A DNA stretch of 64,000 bases from a virus. The notes under the pieces were generated by a model, which made no database searches, was not told where the DNA came from, and saw nothing but the letters and a program-made list of their open reading frames with translations. Of this stretch, positions 24,001 to 32,008 are shown in pieces. The stretch is from IMG/VR virus record IMGVR_UViG_3300027969_003010, positions 6,856-70,855 of that record; one strand, written 5' to 3'. The position numbers and the translations under genes are program-made. The stretch's first letter is position 1. The number at the start of each line of letters is the position of its first letter.

Positions 24001-25927
24001 CAGTGATGTTACTATTTCCTATGACGGTGCTATACTATTAAGTACTATTCAAGGTGCAGTGACAGCCGCCACTTACGCTAGCGGTGGTACAGCAACTAGT
24101 GGTTCATTTACTGGGGTAATCAGTGGCAATGTATTAACTGTTTCTGGAAGTCCAGGCGTTACAATAGTTAAAGGAATGGTGTTAACTGGTGGATCGGTAG
24201 TTGCTGGTACTTATATTGTTGACACTGGTTTAACTACTACATCAGTTAATGGTACAGGTAACGTTGGTACATATCTAGTTAATATTAATCAAACAGCCAC
24301 TTGTACTGGTGGTACTGTTAATCTATTAACATTAAACAGTTCAACAGGTATTGTTACTGGAATGGTTATTAGCGGAACTGGTTATACATCTAGTCAATAT
24401 GTAACTGGTATTACCAATACAACTGTTGTTACTACAAGCTCTGCTTACGACACAACACCGAGTGGTACACTAACATTCACACGTAATGGCGCAGTTAATA
24501 ACGGCAAGGTAAGTTCAACGGCCGCTATTGCTCAAAGCAAATTAGCAATGACGTTGGCAACTGCTACAATTTCAGCTGTTCCAACACTAGTCAATGTTAA
24601 CGCAGGAAGTTTTGTTGTAGGCAAACGTTATAGAATCTTAAGTCCAGGTAATACTAACTGGGCAACTCCAGGAACAGCTAACTGGGTAGGTGCTAATGCG
24701 GCTACTGCTGGAACAATATTCCAAGCAGTATCGGCTGGCGCAGGCACTGGCACTGCTACAGATATGGATGCGTTGCAAGCCGCAACTGGTGTAAGTCAAT
24801 ACGATAGTAGTCAATTTACTATAACTGACGGTTGGGTAACATTAAAAACATCAACTAGCACAAGTGACGGTATTCCTAATACCAAGTTGCAATGGGTTGC
24901 GGCAAATAGTTTGTTGGCAAATACTTCTGGGGTAAACGGTGCATTAGCGGTTACAACTTCTACAGCGTTGGTGTACAACGGTGACGGTGTTCGTAATGCC
25001 GATATTGCAAGTAACGGAAATACCACAACTATTCCAACATCCAGTGTAAACGCACAAGCTACTACAACAGGCGCTGTTATTAGAACAGCGGCTAAAACAT
25101 ATGGTTGTATTGGTATTACTGCAACTGGAGCAATATATAGTTTAGTTCAAACTGATGTTGGTGGTAACATTGATGTTAAGGGTATTAAAATAAATTCACT
25201 ACCAAGCAGTGGAAATATTATACAAGTTCCAAGTACAACTTTAGAATTTTACACACCGGGTAATATTAAGTTTTTAACTTCAGCAGGAAACTCAACTGCT
25301 ACTAATACATTCTTTGGTACCAGTGATTTCAGTAGTAGCGGAGCAGTGCTTAAGAGTGTATCACTAAGTGCAGGCGCGGCAGGCACTGATGGTTACATAA
25401 CCGGAGCATGGCATTTAAATGCTAGTAGTTCGTTTGACACTTCATTAGGAGTGTTAAAATCAACTGTGATAACAACTGGTGCTGACAATTCTAACGGAAC
25501 AATACAAGGTATTTGGACACTGGTGGGTGCAAGTAAGTTACAAGCTACATACGCCGACTTAGCAGAATATTACGAAGGTGATCAAGAATACGAACCAGGA
25601 ACTGTTCTAGTATTTGGTGGCGAGAAAGAAGTTACTACTACTGATGCAATGAACGATACACGTTCAGCAGGTGTTGTAACAACTAATCCAGCATACGTAA
25701 TGAACGATGGACAAACTGGCATACGTGTTTGTTTAGCACTTGCAGGTCGTGTTCCATGTAAGGTAGTAGGTCGTGTTAAAAAAGGCGACATGCTAACAAC
25801 ATCAAGTACACCGGGATATGCTGTTAAAGCTACTGATCCAAAATTAGGTAGCATTATTGGTAAAGCCCTAGAAGATAAAGACAACGGCGAAGCTGGAATT
25901 ATCCAAGTTGCTGTAGGGAGAGTATAA
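12095..25927 (+). CDS. Giant (4610 aa) tail fibre / baseplate-associated structural protein
   Basis: N-terminal T4 gp9/gp10-like motif (GNDGTGDSIRDSFRKVNDNF), several repeat families, Thr/Ser/Gly-rich, C-terminal ADLAEYY...GRVPCKV autoproteolytic chaperone-like domain. Confidence 0.8.
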   Translation: MARQEIDIGIQGNDGTGDSIRDSFRKVNDNFAEIYAVFGSGGTIPFTALSDAPSSYTANQIFITNSSGTGILAKTLARRGGVTFDESVAGVLTIVGTQSNLAADPAPRLNGPLNVNNLAIGNIPDPSDTLVASFNSTYSSLGITTTIDKLAISKGYADTHYVGKGDGNVVVGALKLRDEPLTPELTDSAYDATLSSNYLSNEALPRKSVVYRGGDTMLGKLTLSDHPAPVAGFGTPNSADDKQAATKFYVDNEVFVSSTNLYVRTDGDDTQLKTPPGREGRNWAHAYKTIGAAALQAETLQNLANLEPGPYRQKIAYTISPNTFNSTISTVTRSGGNTGIAGYEDAAFLLGANKAFIQSETIAYINNKYVNIFTYDQAKCQRDVQIILNAVATDLVISSNFNSLQAATSYFESQAASVINSQLVQTIDGINYARDQVLAFAYNSSGLTTYLNTVIDALNYDMTLNSNYQSTVAARYFPYANTGLSVTEIVGAFGQLKLELANIAKNNGLTVDLAVTRFNNLLNSMIIIVQGGIEPTINMSATSVSSTAKQSARTLLLNNIAFVQAEIIAWLAANYPKLAYSQTTCKRDVKYIIEAVAYDQLYGGNSRTVYAGQRYWANAVRQIAYSELAATKGAYGYLKTLLQAVISNNSPSQVYQNSVIQYQNQTYTGGSGQIATVSNLISLIAGTTIATASTNSSTGISTTSTSNLTVGMPVIIDNSTPITVTGFQTKSGSGPYLVTLIIPTQLTAPIAGTSFTVSGNVTTGYNGIVTVFSATTTSITLSYSANPGSWGGGTTIITPYFGGLIAGGTYYVIEITNATQFKLSTSLGGTAATLTNALVYTNITWNGLLTANTPPAITPPTYSAGASPLPTVYTNVNNNKGTATTGPIFNVITFVNNTYPYINNAPAIAQLTTLFKFVTDTLSGGLSNRELVSLTKPTSTSTSAFSASKLLLANREFIAAETLGWIKQNYNSLTYVATDGQIQWEKDLETFVEAVAYDLTYTGLSGSTTAGNQFWTSAIVNGSVVYTSTIDPIESTAKIASINYARDMAQNIIGNDPPNNLYQSLLPKVATFSTKTGTAPCLVTLDIPARVIPIQVGATITVTGNSNVSYNGNWAVTASTGTTVTLSYAGDPGVWSIATTTYFNIGQTTSGTYIDGASSVTSMNEKWDRLYSVVNTNPPNLVTTGPDFANSSYASTGYVAVRNVIVSNSLTVAQATTTYLNNKFKGGFSYNEATCRRDVGYIVDAMIIDLLTAGTYQSINAGKSYYRNASAKSVAIGTQNTETIDGIIYARTLALQVLNQTTASRYQLLVTQTPTNGSKNANRGYSATATYSSASSTTLTVSGISGTIKVGMTVTGTGFISGQVITAVNGTTLTISSAADSTPSGTLTFTLTAITTFTNNYNTMLSIVQNGIGVAPTPDFGSGIYTITFSNGGNGYVDQCPPGDFNILPGKILAGVSSKATANILSYTPGGSGPNDTITCQLLTPGFFDDINHEELEYAESVGANQIVIFVEAGVYQEDYPIRLSPAVSIKGDEFRRTIVRPNDRISQSPWRKLFFYRDSVIDGLQIGPIDTGTDYVPTTTIVGFVSTTSVGGGLYNVLFNIPTQTYLPNTSLTYTIAGNATLPFNGTFTCVASTLSTITLRYPNDPGTFSTTNATTISPLVTATISGTVGKIIITLSSNSQASVNWLGYVFQSDVLDSNGKPGLAVVDSVSGNFMNCTVMYPFTQTAVATTNSLGGSFIVGETITQSGGGTTATGVVISSTSTSITYKVTSGIMSNVNGAITGNTSSASASVSSITFGVLAPTSWHLYTTKNYGRHYLTDPLDINSTPKNNKDIDVFLCGDGVRVNNITGQGHGGFMMVLDPENQIKSKSPYGQVATSFSRSQNKQVFAGGQFVDGFAGRLFGQITVASADGYTLTVTGGINSGLDVRAPQTPCAFFVRGGRYQVNTVSNYAQTFDVNGNVIGGSITLNLGAATPWLGGTGQNINIEMAGNKSMLANDFAQINDLGYSILATNGGITEQVSTFTYYSWTAFWALNGGQIRSVGSSSAHGQYALRATGYDVTEKPDSVTLAQNLMQTARIFNPTNLPGSITPNAFYGKMNTTSVSVYIYGYDYFPTQISELEIDHTLAGKGLVRYQINSVSHTGVYVPTGSVGSNFYYVTATFASGSTSSTTMTVSSTTGIKAGMSVTGTGFTQGQKIALVSLDGITLTLTGAPDSTPSGTLTFSDTITVSGSVLGGTSSTFSANSTISLNYLSSVGTLAAIKTSPALLIQGYLSKTGTGPYLVTFQIPTQLSAPTPSAGYVVSGNANTNYNGSFTVQSSSVSTITISYASDPGTFSTTNYTVIMPPATTAATFLRKTGSGANWYVTFVISAVTTLPLVGGQFTIAGNTTTAYNGTFVCVGSTLTSITLRYTSDPGSSGGSATTYNFNGCTISGPNVPFGATALATTSGNTIILSANATASGSGLTFSSNAGNDLTAYVTGTTNTAVSTFTYKGIPVAGGSATYTNLYQTSSSAIGVYANFNINITPNFGGGTIGTIAGSGTSGAPWTATITGMTSTSGMLVGNTLSATAGTGTLYGGTPTTIVITSIVSSTSITYAVVGGTTPTAGTVTSIISASAFTSATIGGQNVLLLTLSTSGSGGVSSTGLASPLYDGQLVQLRVLQNFKFYEIDNVNPTRPSTAVQFTDNLGSIYRVLTYNLTEATNEILPANQAILSTDQSFAYYLFQADTANVTKTDPIDGGAKTMGATPGDTRIAVTVFGPQASIDQVNKGTYAFAFGGKVHQIVNYTPPVTTTIITGYNPTGSSGTTLVVGGTFTGTITSGSASITSVASFTGLVVGESIRGFGIPAGTTIISINTGTSSISLSSAGVASSSATFLYGGAGNLVTGMTVSGNGFINAQQILTINPNTIASFAIADSVGTITVTSGTYIVGEAITISGTFGGAGTLVVGGTTYGASNTANMTAGVIFYIGKVNSGTSIQLSSTYANAIAGTPTFITSTTGTPTGLTYSRISNNVVLSIAPTSTPSGSLTFTKATIPYITLGDIKYSITSTSATPITVTRPISRGQVAVTYQPTGSVTGNTVSGSPNILGVSSLTNIVAGSSIQGAGIPSQYVVTAVSTTSPSTINLVDGSDVVVGNTITFDPSQPSFGGIPVKGGLNSSTTYTTVTGTSVTSAATYTAVVTKSSSGKGTGAKFTVVKTGSGTSYNGAVTITLVSQGANYALTDTITISGAVLGGGDSTNDMTFTLATAVNQAAYYVVSKSTNAITIATTLGGSALTNITTVAATSTIASFAFADTVGTATVTSGTYTIGQAITLTGTPTAGGITTPAYVTGTTYYVGKVTSGTSIQLTSSWVKATLAIPVFDLSTTIGTLTPGVTATLTQPSINGRTDNLVISTSSTTTFTATPDNSSTTLTSVSSFANLVVGATITGTNIVAGTIITALNVAGSTITMSSAASGAPGPVLITCSTNTIVTSANSTATATDQFITYNNLSTTIKIFTNERSQFIVAGMTIFGSGFTSGQTVTSATVSTAGDNATVLVISAQPDSTPFGTLGFTTLTSNSGPWYTTLQIPTQSVAPVVDTFYSVTGNGNSGYNQFVQCVGSSTTSITLAYSTDPETVTITTYNPTGSSGTTMKVASTTGINIGDLIRGGGTGGFFLGQTVTAIVDGVTLTISAPPSGTPNGNLTFNDPFLVAAPTTITPIITGISRAMSTVTSTPLRAGYLQGTAAQITTRISTCRCSAHDLLDIGTGGYNTTNYPYQIYGNPYQKADQTKEVLEETVGRVFYVTTDQNGIFRVGRFFTVDQGTGTVTFSASIALSNLDGLGFKRGVTVSEFSTDSSMTNNASDTVPTQSAVRGYIDNRLGVQHSGATTPATSLIGSGYMNLSGQLPMKGNLSMGGFTIGSVGTPILNTDATTKIYVDNVVNSRDSLYKLKDTAANMQLNFANAQLPVWSFATTNNNSTAGAWTNAGFDISSDVTISYDGAILLSTIQGAVTAATYASGGTATSGSFTGVISGNVLTVSGSPGVTIVKGMVLTGGSVVAGTYIVDTGLTTTSVNGTGNVGTYLVNINQTATCTGGTVNLLTLNSSTGIVTGMVISGTGYTSSQYVTGITNTTVVTTSSAYDTTPSGTLTFTRNGAVNNGKVSSTAAIAQSKLAMTLATATISAVPTLVNVNAGSFVVGKRYRILSPGNTNWATPGTANWVGANAATAGTIFQAVSAGAGTGTATDMDALQAATGVSQYDSSQFTITDGWVTLKTSTSTSDGIPNTKLQWVAANSLLANTSGVNGALAVTTSTALVYNGDGVRNADIASNGNTTTIPTSSVNAQATTTGAVIRTAAKTYGCIGITATGAIYSLVQTDVGGNIDVKGIKINSLPSSGNIIQVPSTTLEFYTPGNIKFLTSAGNSTATNTFFGTSDFSSSGAVLKSVSLSAGAAGTDGYITGAWHLNASSSFDTSLGVLKSTVITTGADNSNGTIQGIWTLVGASKLQATYADLAEYYEGDQEYEPGTVLVFGGEKEVTTTDAMNDTRSAGVVTTNPAYVMNDGQTGIRVCLALAGRVPCKVVGRVKKGDMLTTSSTPGYAVKATDPKLGSIIGKALEDKDNGEAGIIQVAVGRV

Positions 25928-26454
25928 TGGCTAAACAAGTAATTAACACTGGCACTGCGGCAAATGCCAAAAACGGTGATCCGTTGCGCACGGCTTTTAC
26001 AAAAGTAAATGCAAACTTCGATGAACTGTACACAGCTATGAATGCCGATGTGCAAATCCCAACACAGACTGGCAATGGTGGAAAGTTTTTAACTACTAGT
26101 GGTACTGTACTAAGTTGGTCAGACCCTTCCTTACAATCAAAAGCTGTTAGAAATGTTGGCTCAGTGGCCGCGGCTGGAACTGTTACTTTAGATTACAGTA
26201 CAGATTCCGTTGTACGTGCTACAGCAACAGGGTCTACTATAACGATTGCCCACTCTAATATAACGTCAGGTAAGGTAGTAGAATTAATACTATCAAATAC
26301 TAGTGGTGCGGCTTGTACAGTGACAGTAGGAGTTGCAGGAACAAATACTATTAATAACAGTACAACCTATGCCATTGGTAATAATACTACACATATTTTT
26401 ACAGGTAGAAGCTTTGGAACAACAACCACTGACGTTTACGTTACAGTAGTCTAA
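25927..26454 (+). CDS. Structural protein with gp9/gp10-like N-terminus
   Basis: INTGTAANAKNGDPLRTAFTKVNANFDELY. Confidence 0.7.
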   Translation: MAKQVINTGTAANAKNGDPLRTAFTKVNANFDELYTAMNADVQIPTQTGNGGKFLTTSGTVLSWSDPSLQSKAVRNVGSVAAAGTVTLDYSTDSVVRATATGSTITIAHSNITSGKVVELILSNTSGAACTVTVGVAGTNTINNSTTYAIGNNTTHIFTGRSFGTTTTDVYVTVV

Positions 26455-26484
26455 TACGGTAAATATACTAAAGAGAGCGCAAAC

Positions 26485-27273
26485 ATGCCAATTCAAACGA
26501 TTAATATAGGAAATTACGCAAACGACGGGTCGGGTGATGACTTGCGTACAGCATTTAGAAAAGTTAACGAAAACTTTAGTTTGCTTGGAACTGATATTCC
26601 AATCTCCCAAGCATCGAACTTAGGTATTAATACTATTGTTGTTAATCGTTTTTTAACTAAAACAGGCACAGGCCCGTTTTTAGTTACACTAATTATTAGC
26701 CAACAAAGTGTTATACCAACAGCGAATCAGTACTTCTATCTAACTGGCAACACTAATACATTATATAACGGACACTGGTTCTGCACTGCTAGTTCTTCAA
26801 CGCAAATTACATTGCGTTATCCTACCGATCCTGGTGTTTATGGAACTGCTGACGGTACAACTATTAGTGCTACTGTTGGTATTTTTAAAGATAAAAACGA
26901 CACCACAGCAGAATTCAAAAGTATAACCAGTAGTGACAACAGTATTAACATTGTTCCTGGCACAAACATCATTGACTTAAAAAGCGGTGCCGGAGTTATA
27001 AATGATCCAGCTCCTGTATTAGGTGGCGATTTAAACATCAACGGTCACAGATTAATTGATGCAGTTGGCACAGGTGATGTGCAAACAACAGTGTATGGTA
27101 TTAATGTCAAAGTGTTAGATGCAATGTTTGCCATGTTAATGCAAACAAACAGTTTTAATGTTGATATGGGTATTATTGTAGGAAATTATAATACTATAGA
27201 TTTAGACATGGGATATACTTCAGCCGGGTTAGGGCCAATAGTTAATAATAATTTAGACTTTGGCACTTTTTAA
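26485..27273 (+). CDS. Structural protein with gp9/gp10-like N-terminus
   Basis: INIGNYANDGSGDDLRTAFRKVNENF; carries the TKTGTGPFLVT repeat and a PVLGGDLNING motif similar to segments of the giant protein. Confidence 0.7.
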   Translation: MPIQTINIGNYANDGSGDDLRTAFRKVNENFSLLGTDIPISQASNLGINTIVVNRFLTKTGTGPFLVTLIISQQSVIPTANQYFYLTGNTNTLYNGHWFCTASSSTQITLRYPTDPGVYGTADGTTISATVGIFKDKNDTTAEFKSITSSDNSINIVPGTNIIDLKSGAGVINDPAPVLGGDLNINGHRLIDAVGTGDVQTTVYGINVKVLDAMFAMLMQTNSFNVDMGIIVGNYNTIDLDMGYTSAGLGPIVNNNLDFGTF

Positions 27274-27298
27274 TTGTCTGGTAGACAGGAAATAAAAG

Positions 27299-29926
27299 AT
27301 GCTTAATATTTGGACACAATCTTCCGGATACACATTCCCTGGGGTCTCTGGACTCACTGGTAACCTTGCCCTTGACGTTGCAAAAACTACATTTGACGGT
27401 AGATCAACAACGTTTGACGCTGGGACTTTCCAAGAACGAGTGATTGTTAACATACCATTACCTACCACAGGTAGTTTAACAGGAATTACTTTTAAAATAA
27501 TTTCAGGTAGTTTGCCGCCAGGTTTACGAATTGAAGGTGCATTTATTGTTGGCAATCCTTATAATGTTGCTAGAACTACAACTTATACATTCTGTATACG
27601 TGCCCAACAAAACAACACAGTTGCTGACAGAACATTTAATATAATTGTTAACGGCGGACAACTACCTGCTTTTGTTACTCCCAGCGGATTACTGCCTGTT
27701 GGGTTGCACGGACAAAAATATACGCTAGGTAAATCTCCTGTTGATTATCAACTAAGTGCAGTTGATCCCGATGGTTTAGAAATTACATATTTTATAAATT
27801 CCGAGGATGGCAAACTACCGCCAGGTGTAACGCTGTCTCCTTCTGGAAAACTCTCAGGCATTGTTAATCCTGTAGAAACACTGGACGTGAGAAAAACAGG
27901 TGACGGTACTTTTGATAACACATTTTATGATACATCATTTTATGACTTTGGCCTAAGAAGCACTAGCGGGTATGACAGTTTTATTTTTGATACTGTAAAT
28001 TTTGATTACAGTATACCAACTAAAACACCAAAAAGTTTAAATCAAACTTATGAATTTCTTGTTAGTGCATCGACAGGAAGTGTAACTGTTAAACGTAAAT
28101 TTTCTATTTTTGTTATTGGGGAAGAAAGTTTTAAGGCAGACTACACACAGATTACCGATGACAGCGAATTATTTACAGCAGACGTAACTTTCTTAAAAGA
28201 ACCTATATGGTTAACCAACGGAAATCTTGGTGTATGCAGGGCGGATAACTATGTAACATTTGCGTTAGAATGTATAAACATTGTTGACGATTTTCCTATT
28301 GTGTTTACTATCGATAATACAAATAACTTGCCGCCAGGCATGACTTTTAATCCAGTTAACTCAACTGTATATCTTGCTGGTCGTATTCCTTTCCAACCGT
28401 CTATTGCAAAAACATATACATTTACTGTTACTGCAAGTAGAGTAGGCGAAGATGTACAACCCTCAGTTTCAATAAAAACATTTACATTGCGTGTTCTTGG
28501 AAATATCGATAACGATATTTTCTGGGACAGTGCTTATAACATTGGAAACATTCCTGCAAATTTTATTTCTGATTTGCAAGTAGTAGCTCGTTGTAGTTCA
28601 GATTCTAATTTAATTTATACTAAAACTTCAGGTACTTTGCCGCCTGGGTTATTATTAGCAAGTGATGGGGAAATAACTGGTAAAGTTAATCAATTTGGTA
28701 CTGCAAACATTATTAGAATTACAACAATAGATAACGGTGATTTTACATTGGATCAAAAAGGAACATCCTTGTGGCCAAAGCCCACAGTTCCTGCATGGTG
28801 GCAACTTCCTGGAAACGTTGGTTATACGTGGCAAGCGGTAGCTGGATTAACTGGCGATATCCCAATTAAAGTAAACACCACTATAGATAGCTCGCACCAG
28901 TATGATATAATTGGCATACGCGGATTAATACTGTTTGATTCTCAGAATACTAATTTTAGTATCGACGGCGGAACTACAACTTTTGATAGAAATTATAAAT
29001 TTACAGTATCAGTCAAAGATCAGTTTGGACTAACTGCTAGTACTAAAGATTTCTTAATAACAGTTACAACTCCAAATCAAAAGTTATACAGTAACATTAG
29101 AACACAACCATTACTAGAGCAAAGTAGAAGAGCAATTTGGACAAAGTTTATTACAAATACGGATATATTTACAACATCGAGTATATTCCGTCCAAGCGAT
29201 CCAAACTTTGGAGTTAGTAAAGATTTATCCATGCTAGTATATGCTGGCATAGAAACAAGCAGTGCGGCCGAGTTTTTAGGAGCAATGGGTTTAAATAATA
29301 AACGCAAACGTTTTAAATTTGGAAATCTGCAAAAAGCAAGTGCCATTAAAAACGGTGAAGTAATGTACGAAGTAATTTACTTGGAAATTATTGACCCGTC
29401 AGAATCAAATGGTGTTGCTCCGGGTAAATTTATAACAAATAATGTCCGAGATCAATTTAAATTAACCGGAGACATAAGCGGAGAAATTTGGGCAAGCCCT
29501 GCAACCGCAGAAGGTATTACTAAAATGCAACTTGCAGAAGCTTGGTTAGATCGTCCTATAAATGATGTAACAATTGACAGCACTGGATACAACATTTCTG
29601 ACAGCTCAACAAATAAACACTATATAAACAGTATTTCAAATTGGCGCAAAAACTTATCAGAAGTTGGTGATACTGAACAAAACTATTTGCCCTTATGGAT
29701 GCGTAGTGTTCAACCCGGACAAAAACAACAATTAGGTTTTAAACTAGCAGTTCCGCTATGTTATTGCAAACCCGGAACTGCTGATGATATTATGATTAAT
29801 ATCAAATATAGCAATTTTGACTTTAAATTGCTGGATTATACCTCAGATCGCTACATCATAGATGCGATTACCGGATATTCTAGCGATAAATATCTAGTGT
29901 TTAAAAATCACAGTAGCATAGTGTAA
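27299..29926 (+). CDS. Putative baseplate/virion protein with repeated Ig-like domains
   Basis: Four LPPG(L/V/M) repeats (three as G(S/K/T)LPPG), each followed by a YxFxV-like strand. Confidence 0.65.
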   Translation: MLNIWTQSSGYTFPGVSGLTGNLALDVAKTTFDGRSTTFDAGTFQERVIVNIPLPTTGSLTGITFKIISGSLPPGLRIEGAFIVGNPYNVARTTTYTFCIRAQQNNTVADRTFNIIVNGGQLPAFVTPSGLLPVGLHGQKYTLGKSPVDYQLSAVDPDGLEITYFINSEDGKLPPGVTLSPSGKLSGIVNPVETLDVRKTGDGTFDNTFYDTSFYDFGLRSTSGYDSFIFDTVNFDYSIPTKTPKSLNQTYEFLVSASTGSVTVKRKFSIFVIGEESFKADYTQITDDSELFTADVTFLKEPIWLTNGNLGVCRADNYVTFALECINIVDDFPIVFTIDNTNNLPPGMTFNPVNSTVYLAGRIPFQPSIAKTYTFTVTASRVGEDVQPSVSIKTFTLRVLGNIDNDIFWDSAYNIGNIPANFISDLQVVARCSSDSNLIYTKTSGTLPPGLLLASDGEITGKVNQFGTANIIRITTIDNGDFTLDQKGTSLWPKPTVPAWWQLPGNVGYTWQAVAGLTGDIPIKVNTTIDSSHQYDIIGIRGLILFDSQNTNFSIDGGTTTFDRNYKFTVSVKDQFGLTASTKDFLITVTTPNQKLYSNIRTQPLLEQSRRAIWTKFITNTDIFTTSSIFRPSDPNFGVSKDLSMLVYAGIETSSAAEFLGAMGLNNKRKRFKFGNLQKASAIKNGEVMYEVIYLEIIDPSESNGVAPGKFITNNVRDQFKLTGDISGEIWASPATAEGITKMQLAEAWLDRPINDVTIDSTGYNISDSSTNKHYINSISNWRKNLSEVGDTEQNYLPLWMRSVQPGQKQQLGFKLAVPLCYCKPGTADDIMINIKYSNFDFKLLDYTSDRYIIDAITGYSSDKYLVFKNHSSIV

Positions 29927-29965
29927 CGAACGATAAATACACAGTAAAATATATAGGATGATAGT

Positions 29966-31264
29966 ATGCCAAACCCAACCGCAAGTTTAATCAACTTTGG
30001 CTCAGTAGATGCCACATACCCTGTTGCAGGGCAGGACAATAATAGCCAAGGTTTTAGAGATAACTTTGGTGTTATTAAAACAGGACTAGGTCAAGCTAGT
30101 ACTGAACTTACCGCACTTCAAAATAATGCGGCTTTTAAGAACTCAGCTAATGATTTCGGCCAAAACGTTCTTTCAAACGCTGTTTATAAAACTTTTTACG
30201 GTGTTGCAAAAAGTTTAGGAACTGCCGTTACTAATACAGATATTAGTTTAACTGACGGACCTTTGCAATATATTACGCTAGGTGCGAATAATACATTAAC
30301 ATTTAAAAATTGGCCTACAACAGGCAAATATGCGGCTGTGCGTTTGATGATTCAAGGCGACCAGACTGCTGTTCGCGTTCCTACTTTTTCAACAGAAAAT
30401 GCAGGTACCATTCGTTACGACACGGCATTTCCAACATTACCTGGAACTACTACTAAAGGAATTACAGTTGGTGGTGAAAGTTTAGCAACTGCTACTGTTA
30501 GTAATCCGGGCTCAGGTTATACGCAGGCCGCTACCGTTGTATTTTCACAAGGCGGACTACAAAATGGTGGTACACAAGCAACTGGTACTGTTACCTACAC
30601 TTGTATAACTGCGCTAATTACTGGCGCTGGATATTCAGGTAACGGATACAAATTAAACGATCAAATTGTTGTCAATGCAAGTTCTGGTATTATTTTAACA
30701 GTTAGTTCATTAAATCAAACATTTAAGGCTAACACAACTAATACTGGTACAACCTTAAACGGTATAACTGATTTTAGAAACATTGCGGCTGGTGTAAGTA
30801 TTACTGGTGCAGGTATCCAGGTTGGAACTACTATTAATTCATTTAGTGTATCGTTAGGCACTATTGAAATTTCATTGCCTGCTCAAGCAACTGCATCAGA
30901 CGTTACTATTACTTACAGTGATGGCACGTTAACTGGCCCAATTGGTGGTTTAACAGTTGCAAGTGGCGGAACTTTACCGTTGCCATTAGGAACAGGATCT
31001 TATTCAACAAGTCCATTATTTGGTATAGGTAACGGTGCCCGTGTTGTTATGACGTTTGGTGTTGGTGCTATCAATATTACTAGTTTTGGTGACGGTTACA
31101 CAACATCTCCTACAGTATCATTCAATCCAACTGGCGGCGGATCAAACACAGTTATTGCTACTGCTATTACAGCACTAACAGCTGACAATCCAAAAGTAGT
31201 TGAAGCATGGACTATAGACGGCGGTTCTAACGTATATCTTCGTTACATTGGCGAATATAATTAA
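29966..31264 (+). CDS. Virion structural protein
   Basis: YPVAGQDNNSQGFRDNF N-terminus, NPGSGYT / GDGYTTSPTV repeats; late promoter motif upstream. Confidence 0.65.
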   Translation: MPNPTASLINFGSVDATYPVAGQDNNSQGFRDNFGVIKTGLGQASTELTALQNNAAFKNSANDFGQNVLSNAVYKTFYGVAKSLGTAVTNTDISLTDGPLQYITLGANNTLTFKNWPTTGKYAAVRLMIQGDQTAVRVPTFSTENAGTIRYDTAFPTLPGTTTKGITVGGESLATATVSNPGSGYTQAATVVFSQGGLQNGGTQATGTVTYTCITALITGAGYSGNGYKLNDQIVVNASSGIILTVSSLNQTFKANTTNTGTTLNGITDFRNIAAGVSITGAGIQVGTTINSFSVSLGTIEISLPAQATASDVTITYSDGTLTGPIGGLTVASGGTLPLPLGTGSYSTSPLFGIGNGARVVMTFGVGAINITSFGDGYTTSPTVSFNPTGGGSNTVIATAITALTADNPKVVEAWTIDGGSNVYLRYIGEYN

Positions 31265-31488
31265 TGCATCCACTTGTTAGTGATTTATCTGGATTAAAAG
31301 ATCAAGAGATACACAGTAAGATTAATGATCTTACTAAAAAGTATTTCATGACTCGTAATCCAGATCTTCAAAGACAAATGGCGGCTGTATTAGACGATTT
31401 ACGTATTGAGTTAAGCGAACGTAATCGTAAGTTAATTGAGCAACAAATGAAAGATAAAAACCTTGACAATTTAATCAAGCTCAGTTAA
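31264..31488 (+). CDS. Hypothetical protein
   Basis: Translationally coupled (TAATG), helical. Confidence 0.65.
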   Translation: MHPLVSDLSGLKDQEIHSKINDLTKKYFMTRNPDLQRQMAAVLDDLRIELSERNRKLIEQQMKDKNLDNLIKLS

Positions 31489-31491
31489 AAT
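31463..31491 (+). promoter_or_regulatory. Sigma70-type promoter
   Basis: TTGACA-17bp-TAAAAT just before the DnaE-fragment gene. Confidence 0.55.
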
Positions 31492-31498
31492 ATAGGCT

Positions 31499-32008
31499 AT
31501 GCGCCTAGACAAATATTCAAATCCAGTTTTTAATGAAATAGACATTTTTGATGCCTTATATCAAGGTTATCAATTTGATGTGCATGATACCATGCTTATC
31601 GAACGTACTGATGCTATCAAACAACTAGAAACTGAAATTGGTTTCAAATTCCTTGAACCTTACGAAACTCATTTTGAAATAAGAGATTACGATGCGGCTT
31701 GCCAAAGTAATTGGAATATGCCCGAGGAGTATAAAACCTTGGATATCGAAGAGTGGATTTGGACGCAAACACCGCCATGGGATCCACAACATACTAGAGT
31801 AACAGAAGAACTGGCGGCTTTTAAAGAACGTAATATGCTCAATTTGTTACGTTGGTTAAAATACTTCGTAGATACCATGAGAACAAATAATGTAGTATGG
31901 GGAGTAGGCCGAGGGTCTAGCGTTGCTAGTTACATATTGTATTTGATAGGTGTCCATAAAATTGACAGCATTAAATATAATTTAGACTGGCAGGAATTCT
32001 TAAGATAA
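31499..32008 (+). CDS. DNA polymerase III alpha (DnaE)-like fragment, 169 aa
   Basis: RVTEEL...WGVGRGSSVASYILYLIGVHKIDSIKYNL matches the DnaE GPGRGSAAGSLVAYxLGITxIDPxxYxL block; ends before the catalytic PDxD. Confidence 0.75.
   Translation: MRLDKYSNPVFNEIDIFDALYQGYQFDVHDTMLIERTDAIKQLETEIGFKFLEPYETHFEIRDYDAACQSNWNMPEEYKTLDIEEWIWTQTPPWDPQHTRVTEELAAFKERNMLNLLRWLKYFVDTMRTNNVVWGVGRGSSVASYILYLIGVHKIDSIKYNLDWQEFLR

Noticed and set aside
12861-26055. Many short minus-strand and off-frame ORFs inside the giant gene
   Set aside because: They are antisense or off-frame shadows of a biased coding sequence, with no RBS or recognisable motifs.
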